From assembly GCA_003990765.1 (NCBI GenBank), contig RBNJ01000046.1, positions 1-47,523 on the forward strand: 47,523 nt of DNA, given 5' to 3'. The position numbers and the translations under genes are program-made. Each line of letters begins with the position of its first letter. The first letter of the stretch is position 1. This stretch comes from Jimgerdemannia flammicorona. Taxonomy: Eukaryota. Under the pieces are notes generated by a model, which was not told the origin of the DNA, made no database searches, and saw only the letters and a list, made by a program, of their open reading frames with translations. This document shows, one piece after another, positions 24,971-35,899 of this stretch.

Positions 24971-27900
24971 TCAATGAGTTTCTTTTTGCTCGAACTCTTG
25001 AATGAGGTCTTGGGAGTTCTTGAGATTGGTAGCAGGTTTCCAGGTAGTGTCATATTCAGGGTAACCCATCCACTTGACTAGGTATTCTGTGTAATGGTAT
25101 CAGACTCACTTGTCTAAGATTTTCTCAACTTCATACTTGATGTGGTCTTCAATTATGACTAGTGCTAATGGTGTTAAAATTTAGCCAGGGTATGGTGGTG
25201 ACTAGTTCCAGGCCTTGAGTTATGATATATAGAATACTGGGTGTATATGCATGGTTATTAGTAAGTTGAGACAATAAGACCAGGTAGAGACTTGCTCAGT
25301 GATCTTGAAGAGTCCAAGGTACTTGGGCTGGAATTTGGCTAACTGGTGGTTGACTTGAGATTGAGCCTTGATGTTGTCAGCTTTGAGTAGAACCATATCT
25401 CCAATATTGTATATGTCATCTCACTGCTTCTTATCTGCATACTTAACTTGATGTTGCTGAGCCTTTTATAGATTCATAGTGATGATCTTGAGAAGGAAAT
25501 CCATTTTGTCGATAAGGTTCTGGGCTGTAGGGACTTATATGTGACTGGATTGCTGGAATGAGACTAGGCTTGCAGGGGTCTTAGAGTTTTGACCATGAAG
25601 TAGCTGAAATGGGAAAAGACCAGTTGATGATTGGACAGCATTGTTGTAGATAAACTTGGCATAGGTCAGATAGTGGTCCCAATCATCTTGCTCATAAGAT
25701 ATATAGTTTCTAAGTATTTGTTCAAGTATTCTGTTCATTTGCTTGATCTGTCCATTAGTTTGAGAGTGAAAGGCAGTAGATATAGCAATTTGGGTTCCAA
25801 GAGTCTTAAAGAGTGCTTGCCAGAAGTGGCTTGTAAACTTGGGGTTGTGGTCGCTAATAATTACTCGGGAAAGTCCATAATGACAGAAGACAGTCTTGAA
25901 GAATATTCTTGCAATTTCTGGGATAATGGCATTGGTTGTAGTTGGCTTGGCAATTGTAATCTTAGTGAGACAGTCTACAAATATAACAATAGTATTATAG
26001 CCTGTTTTGGTTTGTGGGAGTTACACAATGAAGTCTATTGTGACTTGTTTGAACTTCTTGGTCAGAATTGACAGAGGTTGTAGAAGACTGGTGGGTGCTT
26101 GGTTGCTTGACTTATTTCTTTGACAAAGATTACAGCTTTGGACATACTCCTTGATTTCCTTGAGCATGTTTGGCCAGTAGTAGTCTCATTGGATATTCTT
26201 GATGGTCTTCTCAGTTCCCAAATAACCAGCTAGTGGGGAGTCATAATGTTCATGAAGAATCTTGTACTGTAGTTTAGAGTTGGTAGGAATATATACTTTG
26301 TCTTGATAGTACATGAGGTTGTCCTTGATGGTGTACTTTTCCTTAAATTCCTTAGTGTTCCTTTGTAGAACCAGAGAGTCTTATTCATATGCCTTCTTGA
26401 TCTGATTGAGGAATTCAGGTGCCATGGTGACTTGTAAAATTGCAGCAAGGTCAGGTCTTCTTGAAAGTGCATCTGGTATAACTAGAGTTTTGCTAGGCTT
26501 GTAGATGATATTTGGGATAAAGGTCTGGAGCAGTTGACTCCACTTGGCTTATTGGCAGGAAAGGGTTAGTTGAATGTTGATATACTGAAGGGACCTGTGA
26601 TCGGTGATCATGTCAAACTCAACTCCTTCTAAATAGTATCACTAGGTCTTGAGGGCATATATGATTGCCAGGAGTTCCTTTTCGTGAGTGGCCAGCTTTT
26701 GTTCTGCTGGGGACAATTTTCTTGACTCAAAGGCAATAGGTCAGTGTCCTTGACCATCATCTTGAGAAATGACTGCACTAATGGCAAAGTTAGATATATT
26801 TGTAGTAACTATGAACTTCAAGTTTGGGTCCATATTTCTAAGGATAGGTACATGGGTCAGGTGGTTCTTGAGTTCTTGAAAAGCTTGTTGACAGAAAGCA
26901 TTCCATATATAGGAGACATAGAGGTCAGAGTTGGGTTTCTTTTGCAGGAGGTTTATCAAAGATTCTGCAATGCCAGAGAAGTTCTTGACAAATCGACAGT
27001 AGTATCCAGCCAGACCAAGGAAGAACCTGAGTTCAGTGAGGTTTGCTGGTATAGGCCACTGTTTAATGGCTTGTATTTTCCTTAGGTCTACTTGAATTCC
27101 TTTGGCTGATACAATGTGTCCAAGGTATTTGACTTGATCCTTGAAAAATTCACATTTCTTAAGCTTTGCATAGAGCTTGTTTTTGCAGAGGATCTTGAGA
27201 ACTTGTTCAATGTGCTTGAGGTGTTCTTCTTTAGTACTGCTGAAGATCAGAATGTCATCAATGTACACGAGTACAAAGATATAGAGCTGATTCTTGAAGA
27301 CAGTTTGCATGAGGTCTTGAAAAGTTGCTGGCACATTAGTGAGATCAAAGGCCATAACTAGGAACTCATAGAGTCCAAAGGGGGTCATAAAGGCAGTCTT
27401 GGGTATGTCTTCTGGCTTGATTCGAATTTGGTGATACCCAGAGGTGAGATCAATCTTAGTGAAGTACTTTGCATTCTTGAGGGCATTAAAGATTTGATCT
27501 ATAAGTGGTAGCAGATAATGGTTCTTGACTGTTATCTTATTGAGTGCTTGGTAGTCTATGCATATTCACAGAGTATCATCCTTTTTCTTGACAAATAGGA
27601 CTGGAGAGCTAAAGAGTGACTTGCTTGGCTGAATGGCCCCTTGCTCAATGAGTTTATTGAGTTCCTTCTTGACTGCTTCAATTTCAAGTAGAGATATATA
27701 GTACATTTTCTTCTTAGGTATAGCTGCATCAGATACCAACTTGATTTCATAGTCATGATCTCTTGAAGGTAGCAGACCAGGTAGTTTGTCTGGGAAGACA
27801 TCCTTGTACTTATTTAGTAGTAACTTGATACTTTCACTAATTGATAGCTTCTTGTCTTTTTTCTTTGGTCAGATCAGTACCACAAAGGTACAGATAGCTT

Positions 27901-29808
27901 TCTTGAGGGCCTTCTTGAACTGAATTACTGAAAGGGTAGCAATTGGAGTTCTCGTCTGAGTCTTGTCTGGCTTGATGGTAATGTTGGCTCCATCCTGAAT
28001 CAAAGTGACTTCATTCTTGGTCCAATCAATCTGAAAGTTGTGCTATATAAGCCAAGGTTTGCCTAGGATCAGGTCATGGTCTCCTAGTAGTGCTACCTTG
28101 AAATCTAAACATTCCCAGTACTTCTGGATCTTGAGGGGAAGTTTAGCAGCAATTGAGTCAATTGGTAAGGTGGTGCCATCTGTGGTAACAACTCCACCAT
28201 TCTTGCCAACTGGTTTGGTGAGAATCTTAAGCTTGTCAATGAGGTTCTTGTTGATGAAGTTCCCAACAGCTCTACTGTCTATGAGAACATCTAGTTCTTG
28301 TCCCTTGACTAGACCTTTGAAAATGAGCATTGAATTGGCTCAGTTCTCAGCTATGCTTGTAACTTTGTCAGTGCTGCCAAAGTCTTTCTGATCTTGCTTG
28401 GTTGAAGACAGCTTGGTGACTTCTTTGATAACTGGTAGGGTGGCTTGCTCCAGAATGAGCTGTGCAATTCTGTCTCCTTCATTGATGATATATGGTTGGT
28501 TCTTGTGGTTGACTAGCAGGACTTGCATTTCACCTCAGAAGTCAGAGTCAATGACTCCAGCACCAATATCTAGTGAGTGCTTGAAACTGAGGCCAGATCT
28601 TGGTACAATTATTGCATAATGTTCCTTGGGGATTTTGACTAAAAGGCCAGTTGGAATGAGCCTTCTTTCATATGCTGAAATAGTGACCTGTTGTACTGCT
28701 TGAAGGTCCAAACCAATGGCTCCTTCTGACTGTGCTTGAGGGATCTGGGTCTTAGGGTTGACTCACATGAAATTGAGTATAACTTCTTATTCAACTGGTT
28801 GACCTTGAGTGTCTTTGGACAGGACCAGAATCCTCTTTGGTTCTGTAGTTTCCTTGGGACATTTAGTTGTAATGTGACCAGGCTGATGGCAAAAGAAGCA
28901 GGCTCCCGCCTTCTTGAGGCACTCCTTTTCCTCAGGTGTAAGCTTGTCTTTCTTGCTCTTATCGATGGTGTCTAGGTCTATGGGGGCAGGTCCAACAGTT
29001 CTGACTTTGGGTTCCTCCCTTCTGTGGTTGTTGTTGTTGAAAGGTGGTCTCTTCTATTCAAAGTGGTGACCATAGGTGATGACATCAAACCTATCAGCAA
29101 TTTTCATTGCTGTGTCTAGGTCCTTAGGTTCTTCTAGTTCAACATGAACTCAGGTTTGACCTTTCAGGTCTCAGATATACTTGTCAACCTTCTCGTCTTC
29201 AGTGACATGTGGTAGTTCTAGCAGGATTGACAGGAATTGTACATTGTATACTTGTATAGACTTGAGTTGTTTGACATTTGCCAAGCGGTCTCATGTGGTC
29301 TTAGTGCTGTTGACTGGTTTGAATTGGCCTTGAATAGCATCAGAGAATTCACCCCAGGTCTTGATTCAGTCAGAGAATCTGGTATTCTGGACATAATTTT
29401 GCCACCAGATTGTAGCATTCCCTCAGAGGAGTATGGTGGCAAATTGGACTAGTATTGCTTCTTTCAAATTGGTCAGTTCTCTATATTGCTCTAATTGGAA
29501 AAGCCAGGCATTAGTAGACAGTCCTCCTCTTTGACCATCAAAAGTGTCAGGCTTCTGAGGCTTGATAGTGACTGCTGTCAGATGTATTGATATCAGTGGA
29601 GGTATAGAGGTATGAGCAGAGGCCTTGCTTTTCTTTCTTTCTATACATTCTTAAAGTTGGGCAATCTGAGCTAATGCAGTCTGCAAAAGACTCTTGATGG
29701 ACCCATTTGACTGAGTGGGGATTGGCTGTTCTTCTTCTTCTTGCTAATTGTATGAGGTATTACCTGGACTATAGTACTGTATAAAGGGTTCCACCCATTA
29801 TCCTCCAT
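24971..29808 (-). pseudogene. Degenerate gag-dUTPase-pol-chromodomain ORF of element B
   Basis: Same domain order as A. RT YIDDILIFS is intact (ORF 26741-27388); protease LIDSRAVGNFI; dUTPase VIDSDF...GDRIAQLI...FGST. Confidence 0.92.
28367..28771 (-). pseudogene. dUTPase domain of element B
   Basis: GAIGLDL, IVPRSGLS, GAGVIDSDF*GEMQVLL, GDRIAQLI, DFGST. Confidence 0.9.
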
Positions 29809-31179
29809 AGTGTTGTGACTGATATCTTGAGAGGTGTCTTGATAAGGCTAGGTATAACTTAACCACTGCTACCAAGTGTAACAGTTCTAGTTTCTAAATG
29901 AGGAAGTGACTGGTTCTGGTTGACTTAAAGTAACTTGAAGAGATATTTAAAGATTCAAGTATTCTCAAGAATTTCTGGGAGAAAATATTCTGAGACTTTA
30001 TTCATAAGAACAAAGGGGATATTTATACAAGATCTGAAAGAAGGATCTGGAAGGATCTGAGAAATCAAAGGAAAATGCCAAGAGAAAAGTTCTCAGCAAA
30101 GATGACAAATAATGACAAATAAAGTTCTACAAGTTTCCAGGATATTCTGTGACTAGCTAAATAAGTTCTAGAGGGTGCTTGGTACCAAGAAAGGATTTCT
30201 AAATATTTGGAAAGTACTGGAAGGTTATAGAATATTCAAGAAAGACAGAGAAAAGAAATAAACTATACTAAAATGTTACAAGATTGCTCAACTTCAAGAA
30301 TGCATAGAAAGAAAGAAAAGCAAGGCCTCTGCTCATACCTCCATACTACTACTGATATCAATATATCTGATAGCAGTTACTATCAAGCTTCAGAAGCCTG
30401 ATACTTTTGATGGTCAAAGAGGAGGACTGTCTACTGATACCTGGCCTTTCCAATTGGAGCAATATGGAGAACTGACCAATTTGGAAGAAATAACACTAGT
30501 CCAATTTGCTGCTATACTCCTCCAAGGGAATGCTGTAATCTGGTGGCAAAATCATGTCTAGAATACTAGATTCTCTAGCTGAATCAAGACCTGGGGCAAA
30601 TTCTCTGATGCTATTTAAGGCCAATTCAAACCAGTCAACAGCACTAAGGCCACACAAGACTATCTGGCAAATGTCAAACAACTTAAGTCTGTACAAGCAT
30701 ACAATGCACAATTCCTGTCAATCCTGCTAGAACTACCACATATCACTGAAGATGAGAAGGTCAACAAGTACATCTGAGGCCTGAAAGGTCAAACCTGAGT
30801 TTGTGTTAAACTAGAAGAACCTAAGGACCTAGACATAGCAATGAAAATTGCCAATAGGTTTGATGTTATCACCTATGGTCACTGCTTTGAATAGAAGAGA
30901 CTGCCTTTCAACAATAACAATAACCACAGAAGGGAGGAATCCAAAGTCAGAACTATTGGACCTGCTCCCATGGACCTAGACACCATCGATAAGAATAAGA
31001 AAGGCAAGCTTACACCTGAGGAAAAGGAGTGTCTCAAGAAAACTAGAGCCTGCTTCTTTTGCCATCAGCCTGGTCACATTGCAACTAAATGTTCCAAGAA
31101 AACTGCCAAACCAAAGAGGATCCTGGTCCTGTCCAAAGACACTCAAGGTCAACCAGTTGAACAAGAAGTTGTACTCAAT

Positions 31180-31584
31180 TTCATGTGAGTCAACCCCAAG
31201 ACTCAGATCCCTCAAGTATAGTCAGAAGGAGCCATTGGTTTGGACCTTCAAGCAGTACAACAAGTCACTATTCCAGTACATGAAAGAAGGCTCATTCCAA
31301 CTGGTCTTTCAGTCGAAATCCCCAAGGAACATTATGCAAGAATTGTACCAAGATTTGGCCTCAGTTTCAAGCACTCATTAGATATTGGTACTGGAGTCAT
31401 TGATCCTAACTTCCGAGGTGAAATGCAAGTCCTACTAGTCAACTATAAGAACCAATCATATACTGTCAATGAAGGAGACAGAATTGCACAGCTCATTCTG
31501 GAGCAAGCCACCCTACCAGTTATTAAAGAAGTCACTAAGCTGTCTTCAACCAAGTGAGATCAGAAAGGCTTTGGCAGCACTGAC
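31180..31584 (+). pseudogene. dUTPase domain of element A
   Basis: All five trimeric dUTPase motifs: GAIGLDL, IVPR(F/S)GL, GVIDPNFRGE, GDRIAQLI, *DQKGFGST. In frame with the upstream zinc knuckle and the downstream protease. Confidence 0.92.
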
Positions 31585-34500
31585 AAAGTTGCAAGCATAG
31601 CTGAGAACTGAGCCAATTTAATACTCATTTTCAAAGGTCTAGTTAAGGGACATGAACTAGATGTTCTCATAGACAGTAGAGCTATTGGGAACTTCATCAA
31701 CAAGAACCTTATTGACAAGCTCAAGATTCTCACCAAACCAGTCAGCAAGAATGATAGAGTTGTCACTACAGATGGCACCATCTTACCAATTAACTCAATT
31801 GCTGCTAAACTTCCCCTTAAGATCCAGAAGTACTGGGAATGTTTAGATTTTGAGGTAGCACCACTAGGAGACCATGACCTAATCCTAGGCAAACTCTGGC
31901 TTATACGGCACAACCCTCAGATTGATTGGACCAAGAATGAAATCACCTTGATTCAGGATGGAGTCAACATTACCATCAAGCCAGATAAGACTCAGATGAG
32001 AACCCCAATTGCTACCCTTTCAGCAATTCAGTTCAAGAAGGCCCTCAAGAAAGCTACCTATGTCTTTGTGATACTGATCCGACCAAAGAAAGAAGACAAG
32101 AAGCTATCAATTAGTGAAAGCATCAAGTTACTGCTGAACAAATATAAGGATGTCTTCTTGGACAAACTACCTGGTCTACCACCCTTAAGAGACCATGACC
32201 ACAAAATCAAGTTGACATCTGATGCAGCCATATCTAAGAAGAAAATATACTATATATCTCTACTCAAAATTGAAGCAGTCAAGAAGGAACTCAATGAACT
32301 TATTGAGTAAGGAGCCATTCAGCCAAGCAAGTCACCCTTTGGCTCTCTAGTCCTATTTGTCAAGAAAAAGGATGATACTCTGTGAATGTGCATAGACTAC
32401 CAAGTACTCAACAAGATAATAGTCAAGAACCATTACCCACTACTGCTCATAGATCAAATCTTTGATACTCTCAAGAATGCAAAGTACTTTACCAAGATTG
32501 ATCTCACCTCTAGGTATCACCAAATTTGAATTAAGCTAGAAGACATACCCAAGACAGCCTTCATGACCCCCTTTGGACTCTACAAATTCCTAGTCATAGC
32601 CTTTGGTCTCACCAATTTGCCAGCAACCTTTCAAGACCTCATGCAAACTGTCTTCAAGGATCAGCTCTATATCTTTGTACTTGTGTACATTAATGATATT
32701 CTGATCTTCAGTAGTACTGAAGAAGAATACCTCAAGTATATTGAACAAGTTCTCAAGATCTTCTGCAAAAACAAGCTCTATGCAAAGCTTAAGAAATGTG
32801 AATTTTTCAAGGATTAAGTCAAATACCTTGGACACATTATATCAGCCAAAGGAATTCAAGTAGACCCAAGGAAAATACAAGCCATTGAACAGTGGCCTGT
32901 ACCAGCAAACCTCACTAAACTCAGGTCCTTCCTTGGTCTGGCTGGATACTACCATTGATTTTTCAAGAACTTCTCTGGTATTGCAGAATCTTTGATAAAC
33001 CTCCTGTGAAGGAACCCAACTCTGACCTCTATGTCCCCTATATCTGGGATACTTTCTGTCAACAAGCTTTTAAAGAACTCAAGAACTACCTGATCCATGC
33101 ACCTGTCCTTAGAAATATAGACCCAAACTTGAAGTTCACAGTCACTACAGATGTATCTAACTTTGCCATTAGTGCAGTCATTTCTCAAAATGATAGTCAA
33201 GGACACTGATCTATTGCTTTTAAGTCAAGAAAATTATCCCCAGCAGAACAAAAGCTGGCTACTCATGAAAAGGAACTCCTGGCAATTATGCATACCCTCA
33301 AGACCTAGTGACACTATCTAGAAGGAGTTGAGTTTGATGTAATCATTGATCACAGGTCTCTTCAGTATATCAACACTCAACCAACCCTTTCTTACCAACA
33401 AGCTAAGTGGAGTTAACTACTTCAGACCTTTACCCCAAATATCATCTACAAGCCTGGCAAAACTCTAGTTGTACCAGATGCACTTTCAAGAAGACCTGAC
33501 CTTGCTGCAATTTTACAAGTCACTATGGTATCTGAATTCCTCAATTAGATTAAGAAGGCATATGAACAAGACTCTCTGGTTCTACAAAGGAATACCAAGG
33601 AATTCAAGGAAAAGTACACTATCAAGGATAACCTCATATACTATCAAGACAAAGTATATATTCCTACCAACCCTGAACTATAGTATAAGATTCTTCATGA
33701 ACATCATGACTCTCCACTAGCTGGTCACCTTGGAACTGAGAAGACTATCAAGAATATCCAACAAGACTACTACTGGCCAAACATACTCAAGAAAATCAAG
33801 GAGTATATCCAAAGCTGTGATCTTTGCCAAAGAAATAAGTCAAGCAACCAAGTACCTACCAGTCTTCTACAACCCTTGTCAATTCTGATCAAAAAGTTCA
33901 AATAAGTCACAATAGACTTCATTGTGCAACTCTCACAAACCAAAACAGGCTATGATGCTATTGTTGTGTTTGTGGACCATCTCACTAAGATTATAATTAC
34001 CAAGTCAACCACAACCAATACTATTGCCTCAGAAATTGCAAGAATCTTCTTCAAGACTATCTTCTGCCATTATGGACTTCTCTGAGTAATTATCAGCAAC
34101 CATGACCCCAAGTTCACAAGCCACTTCTGGCAAGCACTCTTCAAGACCCTTGGAATCCAAATTGCTATGTCTACTGCTTTTCACCCTCAAACTGATGGAC
34201 AGACTGAGCAAATGAATAGAACACTTGAACAAATGCTCAGAAACTATGTATCTTATGAGCAAGATGATTGGGACCATTATCTGACCTATGCCAAGTTTGC
34301 CTACAACAATACCATCCAATCATCAACTGGTCTTTCCCCATTTCAGCTACTTTATGTCAAAACTCTGAGACCCCTGCAAGCCTAGTCTCATTCTAGCAAT
34401 CCAGTCACACACAAGTCTCCACAGCCCAGAACCTTATCAACAAAATGGATTCTCTTCTTAAGGTCATCACTATGAACCTGTAAAAGATTCACAATATCAA

Positions 34501-35291
34501 GCTAAGTATGTAGATAAGAAGCAGCAAGATGTCATATATAACATTGGAGATATGGTTCTACTCAAAGCCAACAACATTAAGGCTCAATCTCAAGTCAACC
34601 ACCAGTCAGCCAAATTCCAGCCCAAGTACCTTAGACCCTTTGAGATCACTGAGCAAGTCTCCACCTGGTCTTACTATCTCAACTTACCAACAACCATGCA
34701 TATATACCCAGTATTTCATATATTACAACTCAAGGCCTGGAACCAGTCACCCCCATACCCTGGCCAAATTCTGACATCATCAGTACCAGTTATAGTTGAA
34801 GACTACATTGAGTATGAAGTTGAGAAAATCTTAAACAAGTGAGTCCGATACCATCACATAGAATACCTAGTCAAGTGGATGAGTTATCCTGAATATGATG
34901 CCACCTGGGAACCTGCTACCAATCTCAAGAACTCCCAAGACCTCATTCAAGAGTTTGAGCAAAAAGAAACTCATTGACTGCCCATGAGGTTCTCCCCTTA
35001 GATAGTAGATGACCTACTGTGCTAATCAGACACATTATGCATCAGGGCTCTCTAAGGGATACAGCATCAGAAACAAGAGATATAGAAAAACCCTATAAAT
35101 CCTGCAACTAACAAGGTTCAAACCAGTTATCATCTGATCAAGATGATACTTTGGCCCTTGCCTTATATAAGGATAGCCAATTCTTGCCAATGAGTTGATA
35201 TATTTAATTTGAAGTATCTTTTAGTCTTATTGTTTTGTTATGTGTAACTTTGAGAATTCAACAAGGATGTTGATTCTTAAGGAGGGGGAGA

Positions 35292-35694
35292 TGTAACATT
35301 TTAGCATAGTTTATTTCTTTTCTTTGTCTTTCTTCAATATTCTATGACCTTCCAGTATTTTCCAAATACTTAGAAATCCTTTCTTGGTACTGAGCATCCT
35401 CTAGTACTTATTTAGCTAGTCACTGAATGCCCTGGAAACTTGTAGAACTTTATTTGTCATCATTTGTTATCTTTGCTGAGAACTTTCCTCTTGGCATTTT
35501 TCTTTGATTTCTCAGATCCTTCCAGATCCTTCTTTCAGATCTTGTATAAATATCCCCTTTGTTCTCATGAATAAAGTATCAGAATATTTTCTCCTAGAAA
35601 TCCTTTGAGAATACTTGAATTCTTAGTATCTCTTCGAGCTACTTAGAACTACCAGAACTAGTTGCTTCCTCATTTAGAAACTAGAACTGTTACA
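35292..35694 (+). repeat. 3' LTR of element A
   Basis: TGTAAC...GTTACA, preceded by the PPT and followed by the TSD GATTT. Confidence 0.95.
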
Positions 35695-35899
35695 GATTTA
35701 AGGATATATTGAACCAAGCAGATCACTCTTTGGAGTACTTATTCTTTTTGTTAAAAAAAAAAAGATAGTTCTCTACAAATATATATTAATTACTAAGCTC
35801 TCAACAAGATCACCATCAAGAATTACTATGTACTGCTCAGAATTGATGAACTACTCTATCAGATCTTTAAGGCTAAAGTCTTTTCTTTACTTGACCTTC
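35695..35899 (+). mobile_element. Old Ty3/gypsy RT fragment (element 0), right part
   Basis: GYIEPSRSLFGVLILFVKKK...ALNKITIKNYY...IDELL...AKVFSLLDL, cut abruptly by TGTAAG at 35900. Confidence 0.8.

Larger units (their letters stand above)
24249..30280 (-). mobile_element. Ty3/gypsy chromovirus element B, full-length, same family as A, inverted inside A's gag
   Basis: LTRs at 29877-30280 (5') and 24249-24653 (3'); TSD AGATT (24244-24248 / 30281-30285); PBS adjacent to 29876; PPT complement at 24654-24666. Both B LTRs share diagnostic variants (CTGGTTGACTTAAAG) absent from both A LTRs. Confidence 0.95.
24102..34977 (+). pseudogene. Degenerate gag-pol of element A (24102-24248 plus 30286-34977)
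   Basis: Gag PMDLD and zinc knuckle CFFCHQPGHIATKC; dUTPase; protease LIDS(R/G)A; RT LFVKKKD, YIND(D)ILIFS; RNase H TDVSNFAI; integrase HHDSPLAGH...C..C, STAFHPQTDGQTE; chromodomain YEVEKIL...YLVKW..Y...DATWEP..NL. Many in-frame stops (often TGA from CGA) and a few frameshifts. Confidence 0.92.
23632..35694 (+). mobile_element. Ty3/gypsy chromovirus element A (LTR-gag-dUTPase-PR-RT-RH-IN-chromo-LTR), interrupted by element B
   Basis: 403-bp LTRs at 23632-24034 and 35292-35694; 5-bp TSD GATTT (23627-23631 / 35695-35699); PBS TGGTAGCAG at 24037; PPT AAGGAGGGGGAGA at 35279-35291. Confidence 0.95.

Noticed and set aside
29809-30285. Two head-to-head elements sharing one LTR
   Set aside because: TSD pairs and LTR-diagnostic variants show B is nested in A, each with its own two LTRs.
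31186-31188. Programmed stop-codon read-through between gag and dUTPase
   Set aside because: This TGA is present in both copies, but many similar TGAs occur throughout pol at Arg positions; CGA>TGA decay is the simpler explanation. A multi-copy consensus would settle it.
31180-31584. Host DUT1 gene
   Set aside because: Intronless, fused in frame within gag-pol, present in both TE copies and mutated like the TE.
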